64,000 nucleotides of DNA from Selaginella moellendorffii (lineage: Eukaryota; Plantae; Lycopodiophyta): positions 124,001 to 188,000 of the forward strand of contig NW_003314323.1 of assembly GCF_000143415.4 (NCBI RefSeq). Direction: 5' to 3'. The notes beneath the pieces are model-generated. The model did not search any database, had not been told where the DNA came from, and worked only from the letters and a program-made list of their open reading frames with translations. A program made the translations under genes and the position numbers. Shown piece by piece: positions 1 to 11,375 of the stretch. Numbering within the stretch: the first letter of the stretch is position 1; each line of letters begins with the position of its first letter.

Positions 1-72
1 CCTAAACACTAGGAATTGCAAGATTTCTTGCGCACCCGCTGCATGGCGGACGATGGGGAGGGGTTGCGATCC
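1..72 (+). pseudogene. 5' fragment (promoter plus MADDGEGLRS) of the DExH/CCCH helicase gene, cut at an inversion breakpoint
   Basis: Near-identical to 28753-28834 in the same orientation. Similarity stops at gcgatcc, where the inverted arm begins. Confidence 0.8.
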
Positions 73-229
73 ATTTTAGTGCTAATTGGTTTAAAAGGAA
101 ACCTAAAGGTGAAATGACGGCACCGGGAATATTTTGGTGCCGCTAATATTCGATTAGTCTGATTTCCTGGGTATCTTAACATCGACTAAAAATTTTTCGT
201 GTATCTCCAATTCCTTGGCAATTTCGCAG

Positions 230-1123
230 TCAGTACATTGGCACGGAAGCTTGTCCTCCCATTATCAATTCAGTTCTCACTTCGACTTCCACCTTTGTTT
301 CTGGGGCTGGCCTATTGTAATGTTGAGTGATCCGCTTGATCCACGGATGTTCCAAGATCTGGGCTGCCGTCAATCTTTTTTTCTTGTCCAGATTTAGCAT
401 CCCCAGCATCAAATCCTTGGCTAACACCGGAACCCTCGACCAGTCGAAGAGAATAAGGGGCAAATCTTCATACCTCTCCAACTCGCTGAGAACCTGAGGT
501 GTTTGAAGCTCCTCATATGCAATCTTTCCCGTGAGCATCTCATACAAAGTCACACCCAGCGCCCAAATATCACAAGATTCTTTGAACCTTTCCCCAGGGG
601 GCATGTACCGTGCAGTTCCACCGCGCATCAATGCCCCCTTTTCCTGCCCCTTCTGCCAGGAGAGGCCAAAATCCGCCACCTTTACCTCACCGTCATAGCC
701 GACTAAAATATTTCCCGGTTTTATGTCGTTGTGAGCCATCCCTAGGGCGTGCATCCGCTGCAACGTCCCCGCCACCTTCGCCACCACAAGTGCCGCCTCA
801 TCCTCGCCCAAGGGAAGCCTCGAGAGGAGTGTTCCTTCGCACAGCTCCATTATGATGTGGCAGAAACCCAAGTCACGCACAATGCCGATGAGACGAACCA
901 CGCCTGGGTCATGCCTGAGTTGGGCCATGATCTTGAGCTCTTGCAGTATGAGTTTATCGTCGCCCATCATGCTGTTCGTCTTGCACGCAAAGTGTTTCCC
1001 ATCTCTCAAACGGATCACCTCAAACACCCTCGAGAATCCACCCATTCCTATAGTCTTTGTTACCTGGTACTTGTCTAGCAGATTGGGGAACAATATCTCC
1101 ATCGTCTTTGCGTTCATCTCCAT
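230..1123 (-). CDS. Intronless Ser/Thr protein kinase (CAMK/PPCK-like, no regulatory domain), ~297 aa
   Basis: GMGGFSRV, FACK, HNDIKPGN, DFG, DIWALGV, RLTAAQILEHPW motifs. Likely start is MEMNAK at 1123; the longer 432-aa ORF is antisense overlap with the next gene. Confidence 0.85.
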   Translation of the reverse strand: MEMNAKTMEILFPNLLDKYQVTKTIGMGGFSRVFEVIRLRDGKHFACKTNSMMGDDKLILQELKIMAQLRHDPGVVRLIGIVRDLGFCHIIMELCEGTLLSRLPLGEDEAALVVAKVAGTLQRMHALGMAHNDIKPGNILVGYDGEVKVADFGLSWQKGQEKGALMRGGTARYMPPGERFKESCDIWALGVTLYEMLTGKIAYEELQTPQVLSELERYEDLPLILFDWSRVPVLAKDLMLGMLNLDKKKRLTAAQILEHPWIKRITQHYNRPAPETKVEVEVRTELIMGGQASVPMY

Positions 1124-1260
1124 CTCCCTTTTCTCTGTTGCAAAAAAATGCCAAACCCTAGAGGATACCCTTCCGCTTTTAACTTTAAAGGCCACATAAG
1201 TCACCTTTTCTTCCGAGCTTGAAAACTGGTTTAGGGCTTTACAATTTCTGCTCTTTCCAG

Positions 1261-2681
1261 TGTTGCGCTGGAATCCACCATTATATCGCATGGCATCGCG
1301 CTCTTTATTTCCTCCGACTTCCATTCGAGTGATTTTCTTGCTTGTTTCCAGGAATGCCTTACCGTAAAAAATTCCATACAGCTCAAGATTGTGAGAGCGA
1401 ACGTGGCCGTGCCGGCAACCATAGCCATTTAGGCGATGTTCCGTGCATTGGTATGCTTTTTGTTTTTTTAATGCTCTAACACGTGGCTGAGCTTGAACAT
1501 CGGTTTCAAAGACGGCCAGCCACGACATTCCTTACGTCGTAAGCTCTTTTTTCTCTTGTTCTCCACAGTTAGTGTTTTTCTTTCCCAGATTGCTCGTCGG
1601 GGAAATGGAGCAACCACTGTTTCAGCAACAATGTTTTTCGCTTCAAAGGTAGTTTCTACATTGGGAAAAAGAGGAGTCTCTGATGGATTATGTTCCAGGC
1701 AGGAATCAAAGTGTTCGTAACTGGAGGTATTGGAGGAGTTCATCGACAGGGTGAGTCAAGTAAGCCCAATGTTCTTTCTTATGTCATACTTTTGTGTCTT
1801 CAACTTTGTTTTTATTAAGCTATGGACGTGTCCTCGGACTTGACAGAACTGGGTAAAACTCCAGTTGCGGTGGTTTGTGCAGGGGTAAAATCAATCCTTG
1901 ACATTCCACGAACACTTGAATACCTGGTAAGACCATCGTATAGCGCACGAGTGTTTTAATATGAAACAATTTGCAGGAAACTCAAGGAGTGACGGTTGTT
2001 AGCTACTCAACTGATGAATTTCCAGCATTTTTTACTCCTAACAGTGGCTGTAAAGCACCTTGCCGAGCAGACAGCGTGGAGGAATGCGCAGCCATCATAG
2101 GTAAGCTCTAGCCATCGTGGTTATCGATTCTAACTTGACACTGCAGAGACAAACACGAAGTTTGGATTGGGTTCAGGCATTTTGATCGGTGTTCCAATAC
2201 CCGCAGAGCATGCAGCAGCAGCTAAAAACGTGGAATCGGCCATACAATCGGCACTGCACGAAGCAGAGTACGTCTCAGTGACCTCTCTTGCTATTCCTAC
2301 GTGTTTTTTTTTTAATAGGAGCAGAGGTATTGCCGGTAATTCTGTGACGCCATTCTTGCTCAAGCGCGTCAACGAGCTCACTGGAGGCCATTCATTGGCT
2401 GCAAGTATCCTTTTGTTTGGTAGTCCTCCTTTGGTAGTTTTTCTTTGCTACAATTGACAGATATCCAGCTCGTGAAGAATAATGCACTCGTTGGTGCGAA
2501 GATTGCAACGGCTCTGACAACAACTTCACTAAATCGTCTTGACACTCGGCCCCGATTGGTAGAACTGTTGTCCACAAAACGCGTGCGTGACAGCACTGTT
2601 TCTTTTTCCCATCTGTTCTCTTTGCCTGTTTCTTTTTTTCTGTGCTTTCAACAGATTATACTTCCCGCGGCATGTCGCTAG
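1261..2681 (+). pseudogene. PUMY: Pseudouridine-5'-phosphate glycosidase (PsuG/IndA family), 5'-damaged copy
   Basis: Spliced exons give [82 protein letters not shown]. Indels scramble the VPATIA segment, the acceptor near 1480 is lost, and no start exon is visible. Confidence 0.8.
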
Positions 2682-3151
2682 TGGCAACGGACAAAACACC
2701 ACACTTATAATGCCAGACACGGGAAAACTAAACTCGAAAGTGAGTTACTTACGAGGTAGAGACGATCAGCATCAACACGTTTATTGCTTTTGAATTTCGT
2801 CTTGCTTTGCTGTGTTGGATTACAGATGGGCAACGAGCTCAGTTTTTCTCACGAGAAACTTCTTGCCACACAGCCAATCCTCTCTTGCCATTCGAGCCTC
2901 GCTCGCGCAGAAGCTTCCTCCTATGAACAAAATATGGCGACCTTACTCTCTCTTGAGCTGGATCTTAGTAAGCCTCCAAGGCTCCAACTCATGCTTCTTC
3001 CTATCACGCGTTTATTCCGCGGCAATGGCAACATCTATAAATCTCCATCACCACTCCAGTGGCAACCATTGCAAACTCCAGTATTCGAAGTTTCATCCCA
3101 AGCCTTCGATCATACAAGTCTCCTCTTCCTGCCAGGAGTTTCGACCGAGCA

Positions 3152-4123
3152 ATGGGCGCTCTCAAAGTCATTGCATTGCTGTTGTTGGTCGAGCTTGCAT
3201 TCTCTGCTCGTCTCCCACCAAATTCCGATGTGTCTTTCTCTGAGAACTACTATGTCCGATGGGCCAATGATCATACGCGAGTGCTCAACGGTGGCAGCGA
3301 AATGCAGCTTGTTCTCGACAAGGTTTCAGGTAACAATCCCTGTCTCAAGCTTCTGTTTTGCTGATCAAGTCCTGTTGCATGATAGGTGCTGGATTTGGGT
3401 CCCGCAGCAAATACTTGTTCGGTCATATCAGCATGAAGATCAAGCTGGTTCCTAATGACTCTGCTGGAACTGTGACGGCATTCTACATGTCCTCGGAGAC
3501 CGACAAGCACGATGAGATCGACTTTGAGTTCTTGGGGAACGTTTCCGGGCAGCCATACATCGTCCAGACCAACGTTTTCGCCAATGGCGTTGGAAACCGG
3601 GAGCAGCGACACTACCTCTGGTTCGACCCCACTCAGGACTTCCACAGCTACTCCGTCCTCTGGAACAAGCAGCAGATCATGTAAGTTTTTTGCGAACACT
3701 TCTCGATAATCGCTCAAACTGTGGTTTTGGTCCCCCAGATTCTATGTGGACGATGTCCCTCTGCGTGTCCACAAGAACAACGAAGCCATCGGGATCCCAT
3801 TCCCAAAGAGCCAGCCAATGGGGATCTACTCGAGCCTGTGGAACGGAGACGACTGGGCTACTCGCGGCGGGCTGGAGAAGATCAACTGGGATCACGCTCC
3901 ATTTGTGGCGGCGTACAAGGGATTCAGCGTGGATGCTTGCGCCGGGGGTGTGGAGTCGTGCAGCGCTCCCAAGGGCAACTGGTGGGAGCAAGAGGCATTC
4001 CAGAGCACCGACGAGGAGACCAAGAGCAAGCTCAAGTGGGTCAAGGACAACTACATGATCTACGACTACTGCACCGACAGCAAGAGGTTTCCGACGACTC
4101 CCGCGGACTGTGGCCAGTTTTGA
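3152..4123 (+). CDS. XTH: Xyloglucan endotransglucosylase/hydrolase (GH16), 3 exons (3152-3329, 3386-3680, 3739-4123), 285 aa
   Basis: Signal peptide, catalytic [25 protein letters not shown]-terminus. GT-AG introns keep the frame. Confidence 0.95.
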
Positions 4124-6199
4124 GAGCTTCCATGTACTTACATTCTTTTGTACAGCACTATTCTTTTGTAATAGAAAATGTTCTTTTATTTTTTCATTTG
4201 GGTTCTTCAACACATTAGTTTTAAGGACGATCATCCAGGTAATGAAGAAAATCAAAGTTTGTTCAGATTGTCACACATTTCCAGGATCTCAAAGAGGAAG
4301 ATTATTTTGCATGATTCGACGAAGTTTCATCACTTCGAGAATGGTGCTTGCTACTGGTAAATTTAGAGGCATCTTATTTCGCTGCCAAGTAATTCTCCAA
4401 ATTTTAGGATCGTTTGGTAGACTCTAGACCATGGACAAAGATGGTTTCATCAGACACTATTCTGTTCCACTATTGACGTCAAAGCAAGCGTGACGCCCAA
4501 CATGGAAAAAAAGAATCTTTTACGAACTATGCAAAGAAACAGGAAGTCGGGGATTAAGGCAACGTGCATTGGGTGGGAGGAACGCTGAGCGTAGCGACCA
4601 TCACAGCCAGAACTATAAGAACAATCGTCCACAGGTGGCCAATTGGGGATGTGAAATCGCAGGGAATGAAACCCCGGGATTCATCACAAAAAAAAGGTGG
4701 CAAAGGTGATTCAAAAAGTCGTTATACGGAAGAACAAAAAATGCAGCATGCAAAGCACCCGACTTCATAACTTTAATAAAGGCAAGAGCATCAGATATTT
4801 TTATGCCAGCCTGACGTGCATATATACATCCCACATATCTAACAGTTAAAAGACTAGAAGAAGGTAGTTAGCTTTTTTACCTGTATTGTGGTAGAAGCTG
4901 CTGAAGAAGAGGGATGAAATTAATCTTTGTAACTACCTCTGTGAAAATAGAAAGCATTTGCTTAGAGCCCGTTGTGTAGTTGGTTTTCAGTTCCGTTAAA
5001 CCCTTCTCCAAGCTTTCCAAGTTCTTTGTCACGTCTTTTATGTTGTTTTCCAAGTCCTCTTTGTTGTCTTTCATGTAGTTTTTCAAGTCCTCTTTCTCCC
5101 TTCTCATTTCACATGGCGTATCCCAAGTAAAGTTTAGTCAGCGTTCAAACTTACATGGAGGCGTTTGCCTGAACAAGTGATCCAGTGCAGGGCTGGAAAT
5201 TTGGGGATACTACCTGAATGAATGTGCGCCCTGACTTGAAACCCTACATCGATCCTATTCCCATACTGAGATCCAACGGCCGAGATTGAATTATGGAACT
5301 TCTTGGTTAAAAAGCATAAGCGATTCTTCGGGCGGCTATTCATAGAACGATCATAGAACGCTGGGCAATCTAAGGCATGAAGCCAATCCCCCACGTCTGT
5401 CGGCTTGGATTAATAATTGGAACCACTACACTCATCGATTATTTGAGGTATCACTGTGGAAAGCCCTCTTGTCATGTTCTTGAGTCCATATTTTCTCCTA
5501 GAAGAAGAAGCATTGCCCCAGCCGATGAGCTGAATCCAAAGCATAGAGCGGCATTTGTGCAGCTGCCTTTTTTGTAGTCAGGCTACATTCTTCTATAGGA
5601 CTCCTTCATAAACATTCCCATTCGCAAGAAAGCTCCTTCAATGAGGTGGTGATCAAGCAGGCCAAAAAGGAGCCTCTCACTTGCTCGCTTCTTGGCCGCC
5701 TGTAACACCACCAATTGGAACAACAAAATTTAAAATTTCTCAACTACTTCAAGAAGGGCTACCTCCCAACGCTACTGTGGTAGAGGGCGATCCGTCGCAA
5801 GCCATGGAGCAGGAAGAGGCTTGCGGTTAAGCTGCAGCTGGCTACACTAGCATTGGAAGAGTCCAAGAAGCCAGAGAGATGCCGAGAGGAGATTCCTTCC
5901 ATGCTGCGTGCGAGGTATATGAAGTTTATGCATATTTGTGTCCTCATAATGAGTGAGCTCCTGAGCTTTGAAGGCACATGAAGAACACCTGGGCTTCACA
6001 AGCTACTTTGACCTGGGTGATGAAGCTGGTATCTGTCAGGTCGGAAGGCATTGCTGCTCAAATCCAAATAGAGATGTCTTGCAGATGCAGGTACCTTTTC
6101 CTCCTGCTTCTGGATCAGAGGATGCTCGCTGGAAAGCTATGAGTCCACCTTGTTTTGGGGAATGGAAGCTAAGCTTAATGTTACAAAACTTTACTTGTT

Positions 6200-7135
6200 T
6201 CTTTTAGTACTCTTTTAAGGAAGCAACATGATTATAACAGACAAAGCATGTACAATCTATATTGTAATACAATGGAAACATTTCAAACACTTGACAATTC
6301 TGAGCGTATGCAGACAGAAAGGTATTCCACCCTACACAACTGGTTCCACTAGATGTTCCAAAGGTGATAAGAACGCATTCTACTCCCATATTGCAATATA
6401 TCCTCTCAGATTCCTATTGTTGGCTTATGCTACAAGAATGGCTGTCCATGATACCAGGTCATCGACATCACATTCCAGAGCATACACATCAATTAAAAGA
6501 AATTTGATTTTCTTGGTCGATTTACCTACTTGGCTTTTTCAAACAAACAATATTAGGTTTATAATGTTACAAGAGCCTATAATGTATAAGAAAATCATAT
6601 CTGCATTATCATTTTCTCTAGACTTGGCATGGAGATTTGAGAGCTCAAAGATCCATCATTCATCCAAAAGAATACTAAAATCGCCCATAAGCCAAAAGAA
6701 GACACCCTGAGCAATTCCAGTAGCACTGGATTCTTGACGCCCTTGAGGATGCTAGATCTGTGCCAGGGCAATAGTGAGAGTTGGAGGCCGTGGCCACCGG
6801 AAATTTGACTGGGGGCGCAGCAGTCGAGTATCTCTTTAAGATGACATTCAGTATCTTGCAAGGCAATGCTGATGGCATATGTCCAAAGTGTGAATTTCTA
6901 CGTGTGTGGAATGCCCACATAGAAAACATATTGAGGCATCTCTTCTATCACATTGGTCGCTGATTCCAATTGGTACCAAGGGCTATTCCAGTTGGTACCA
7001 CAAAGCCTACTCTGGGCACGTGGAGGCCAAGGCAATCTTTGAAAGAATGCCAATGTGGGAGCTATTGATGTGGAACTCCATGCTGGTAGTAGGTGTCCAG
7101 AGAGGCATGGAAGCTTTTTAGAAGCATGCCTCAAC
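6200..7135. pseudogene. Degenerate PLS-type PPR fragments on both strands
   Basis: WNTFLSAYAQN (minus strand) and YSGHVEAKAIFERMPMWELLMWNSML (plus strand) are PPR-like, interrupted by stops. Confidence 0.55.
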
Positions 7136-7719
7136 AAGCTACCAAGGCCCAAAAGCTAGATAACTTGGAAGAATGTTGAACTCCCTTCAATTCCATGCCA
7201 GAGCACAACACAGCTTTGTGTGTTACCCTTTAAAATTGAATATTTAATAAGTAAATACTTTCAAATGCCCAAATAGTCCTAGCACCAGCGATAGGTTCTC
7301 CAAAATAGTGGAGGATTGAAGACTTGCGGTTCCATTAACACAATGAAAAGGATTGTAGTATTCTGTTCAAGTAAAGCATAGAGGGACCAAGAGTGATAAA
7401 GAAATCAATTTGCATCCATTTTATTGTAGTCTAATGCTTCCAGTTGGGTGCCAGATGACCTTTAAAAAACATGTAATGGTAATAGGAATGATGATTGGTT
7501 AATGATCACTATGCTTAGAATTCACTATGTTTATGATCCCCACCTTAGAATTCTGCCATTGACAGTTGGATCCTAACATGTCTGCCATGTCTAACAGTCA
7601 AGTTGAGCATGGCATTTCTGGCAGTTCCATTCAAACTTTCTCTGTTGTTGATTGTGTACAATGTCCAGCTAAAAACCTCTCAATCTAAACTTCTTATGAA
7701 CGAAATTTGACTAAATTTT

Positions 7720-8230
7720 TTTTATTTCAAGAGAGATATAGCCATGGTGGTTGGTGGTTTTATGTGAGCTTGTAAATGAATCAACTCAGTGTAACATTGA
7801 GGAATGGGAAATTTGGATATTTTCAAAATTGCATTATACAATCATAATGTACCCTTCTTGACAATGTTTTGGCTTGCAGTGCATCCAGAAATCTGGCTGG
7901 GATCTTAGGTGGGTGTCCCAATATGTTTAGGTCCTTAACAATATATGTCACTGGGGTACATAAATTGTTTGCTCAGCTCTTGATAAAGTTGACCTTCTTT
8001 ATGCTCAACACGAGTGTGTTGTTTTTCTACCATGTCACTCACTCTTTCCATATTTCCTCGACTTGACTAAGCCTAAGATCCTATGGGCAATTTAGACTTT
8101 CTACCATCATTGATTACATAATTGCTTCACCAAAGGAGAATGGCTTTTTTTCAATGATACTAAGTGAGGCTTGATTCACATTAATTTCTGGCTCTTGCAA
8201 CGCCAAGCAAGTTGTAGAATAGTCCATACT
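7720..8230 (+). mobile_element. Highly decayed Ty1/Copia RT-RNaseH remnant
   Basis: DIAMVVG resembles DIAYAVG, LGGCPNMFRSLTIYV resembles WAGCPDTRRSTTGYV, and EA*F...AKQVV resembles EAEY...KQAVW. Confidence 0.4.
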
Positions 8231-8458
8231 CAAATGTCATGATCACTACATGGAAACAGTAAGTTTAGTTTGATCCCTGAAAAAACAACACAAGCAATTT
8301 GATTAGGTACACATCATAGATTGCTTGGAGAATAATGCTATAACGCTGCTTCCTGTCAAAGTAATCTATGATGTTTGGAGAGTTTGATTGTGTAATCTCA
8401 AAGTGTGTGCAACCTATCGCTCTTGCAAGTAAACCATTAGAACAATGCAAGAAGAGAA

Positions 8459-8848
8459 TTAGTTTTTACCTACAACATTTACCAGCTTGATGTGAGTCAC
8501 ATCAGAAAACTCCTGGCTGATACCTTCAAGACTCCGAGCGCTTTGCAAGCTTCCACATACCGAGTACATATGGACGAGAGCCACGAAATCATGCGATGCT
8601 TCGTCACTGTCCATGCGAAAGTGGATCTCCGTGCCGATCTCTAGCTGCTTGAGAGTGCTGCAAGCCTTGAGCGCTGCGGGGATCAAAGAAATGCCTGGAG
8701 CTGATCCTTTTTCTCGCATTCTTGAGTAGAGTTCGAGCGTTTCTTGGTCTGATGGAAGAACGTTAGAGCTATCTTTGGTGCCGAGAGCCTCGAGCTTGAT
8801 TGGCACCCAGCTCGGGCAGCCACAGGAATCAATCCCACGTGAAGACAT
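8459..8848 (-). pseudogene. PPR (PLS) fragment
   Basis: ETLELYSRMREKG..P....AALKACSTLKQLEIGTEIH and LVHMYSVCGSLQSAR match P/L/S motif consensus. Only ~2 repeats are present. Confidence 0.65.
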
Positions 8849-9077
8849 GGACGGAGCCTTGGGAGATTTCTACACGGAAAAAGAGTCGTGTTAGCTTACC
8901 TTGGATGATCTCCGACCACTTTGCTGGATCTTCCAACAGATGCTGCCATTTGCGCTCTTCCGATCTGGCTGTGTGCTGCTCTCTCTAATTCCCAGAACCA
9001 TTCTTCTTCCTCTTCTTCTCTGTGAAAGAAATCGCTCCGAAAGAAGGGAGAGAGGATAATTTCAAACATCTGTCTAA

Positions 9078-9149
9078 GCATCAGTAGTCCAACGGGTAGG
9101 ATAATTGCCTTCCAAGCAATAGACCCGGGTTCGACTCCCGGCTGATGCA
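9078..9149 (+). tRNA. tRNA-Gly(TCC)
   Basis: GCATCAG/CTGATGC acceptor stem, ATTGC-ctTCCaa-GCAAT anticodon arm, GGTTCGACT T-loop, followed by a TTTTT Pol III terminator. Confidence 0.95.
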
Positions 9150-9461
9150 ATTTTTAAACAACTCGTTGTGGGCCTTGTCACCAAGCCGCTGGGGAAGACA
9201 TAATTGCCATTACATAATTGCCACCAACTATAGAGAATATCAGTGTTTTGTATTGGCTATGTTTTTGTTTGCTCACAGTGTTTTTATTTCCCTTTGGTTC
9301 TAGAAATTAGTCTGGTTTGTTTGACCGGAACAGTCAACGGCGAGCCGGCATAGTCAACGGCAAGGAGAGGTACAGTCAACAGCATGGATATCTCAAGTTG
9401 ACACCAACATAAGAGTTGAAGTTTGTATCCATTCCATTCAATTGTTAAAGTTTAGAAGAGC

Positions 9462-11279
9462 TTAGCTAGCCCATGCAGGAAGAGGGCACTCAAACGACCA
9501 CTCCTCGCAAGAATATTGCACACAATGCAGCCATAGCCCGTCGGAGTCGTCGTCATAGCCCGACGGTCCCAAGCGTGGACAATGCGTACACAGTGGATCC
9601 ATCTCAAAACTTGGTTCTTCTCGATCATCGTCGACCTTTCTCCTGGAATCTGATCAACAGAAAGGTGTCGTTCGAAAGAAAGAAGACAACGAAGTGATCC
9701 GAGCTTGTTTGTTTACCTTGTGCCTGTTGCTGGCGGCTCATGTCACTCCTTGCTGCCGAGTCTGCTGTTCCACCCCTTTTGGAGCGTTTTGGAGGATTTT
9801 CATGAAGGTAAAGGTCGTCGTTGGCGATGGGGTGTTTTAAGTGCTGCAAATGGACGCGTATCTAGAATGTGAGAGGAAAAAGCTTAGCAAACGAATCAAG
9901 AGACTAAGTTCCTTGCCTGGTGAGTTCTTCCTGTCAGAGGTTTGCATTCAACGATGCTGGATACTCCATCCGTGCTTAGACGCACAAACCTCGTACAAGC
10001 TTCTTTCCCTTTGCTATCCTGTTCTTCGCAAACCTGGAAAACTTGAGAACTGCAGTAAGAAATTGCTCACAATTGTGATGTTTACCTCCACAGTGCTCCT
10101 CCCTTCCCGTGCATCGTAATGAACAGCAGCATTCACCACCACCTGAGAAAAATCTTACAAGAGAGTCATCGAGAGCGGTTTTTTACCTCTTCTTCTGGAA
10201 ACACGCCAGTAACTTTAGCAACGTAAACTTTGCGAACTCTACCATTCTCGATCTGCAAGCATCACACAAAGACGTATAGCAAAATTTAAAAAGCGAAGGA
10301 AGCTTACGTCCTGCCGAAACTTGTCCGCTTTCACAGCGCTTTTGGCGAAAATAAGAAGCCCAGAAACAAGACGATCGAGCCTGTGAACAGCTGATAGAAA
10401 ATAAACGAGTTGAAAGAAAAATTGCATGAAAAGAGCTAGTTTACGGAATAAAGGTCCGGTGTTGTGCTCTGCTTGCAGGATGCCAAGCACAGTGTTCTTG
10501 CGGTACTGCCCGCAAGTATGGACCTGAAGAACAATAGTGGTGTTCAAAGTTTTCTTCCTTGCAAGTAGTAGAATTTTTTGGCACTCACTGGTATAGATGC
10601 TGGCTTGCATACTGTGAGAACTTCGGGTTCCTCGTGGAGAATTACAATACTCTCGGCCAGAACCGGTGGCTCATGCCTGGCTATCAAAATGGAAAAGCAG
10701 ACTAGAAATCAATGGAAGGACTTTAGAAGTGATGTGAAGCACCTGTGAACAAAGTGGCTCAGTTTCTGTGTCGTTCGAACTCTATATTCGCTATCACATT
10801 TTTTATCCTCTACCAAAATCCGGCCTGATCGAACAGCATCAACCTGCAAGAACAATGCCAGGTTTGATCTTTGCTTTCCAAGGAAAAACTCACATAATAC
10901 TCATACGGCCTTTGCCTGAATTCGTCGGCAAACATGTCCACGATTGTCTTTCCAGACCATCGCTGCTTCACCTGAGCAACGAGAAAAGAGAGATCAAAAT
11001 CAAGTTTTTCTTTCGAAATCGGAGAAACAAAAAAAAGAGAGATAAAAATCAAAGGTTTTCTTTCCAAACCCGGAGCCACAAAAAAAAGATAGATAAAAAT
11101 CTTTCGAAACCACTTACATGAGCAATGAACTCGAAATAATACGGTAGCACGAATCGCTTTCCTGTGACACAATGAAATGCAGGCGCTAGCTCACGACCAG
11201 AGAATTCCATCATTTTCTTACCGCCCACGATGATGTAATGCGAGGGAAGGATGGGCGTGTCGGGGTTCTCCCACTCCAT
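9462..11279 (-). CDS. RluA-family RNA pseudouridine synthase (plant RNA pseudouridine synthase 7-like), multi-exon
   Basis: [48 protein letters not shown], catalytic [20 protein letters not shown], and C-terminal DPLCTHCP...LWLHCVQY...CPLPAWAS*. Confidence 0.92.
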
Positions 11280-11375
11280 TGCTGTCTAAACCCTAAACGT
11301 TGTTTAAAACATAATTAAATTTCTTATCAATATTTTATCTATTCCAAGTTAACCCTGTTTAGGGTTTCTCTAGCT
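11280..11375. promoter_or_regulatory. 96-bp bidirectional promoter region with two oppositely oriented telo-boxes
   Basis: AAACCCTAA at 11288-11296 and TTAGGGTTT at 11359-11367, between two divergent ATGs. Confidence 0.6.

Larger units (their letters stand above)
73..4810. repeat. Left arm of a large inverted segmental duplication (partner ~23525-28700)
   Basis: Kinase, glycosidase, XTH and their flanks match the reverse complement of 24100-28700. Bases 4735-4810 match ~23525-23600. Confidence 0.9.

Noticed and set aside
1124-1528. 135-aa N-terminal extension of the kinase ORF (432 aa)
   Set aside because: It is the antisense strand of glycosidase exons and introns, and it is not open in the second copy.
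3271-4255. Antisense and alternative-frame ORFs conserved between the XTH copies
   Set aside because: Their conservation is explained by recent duplication of the real XTH CDS.
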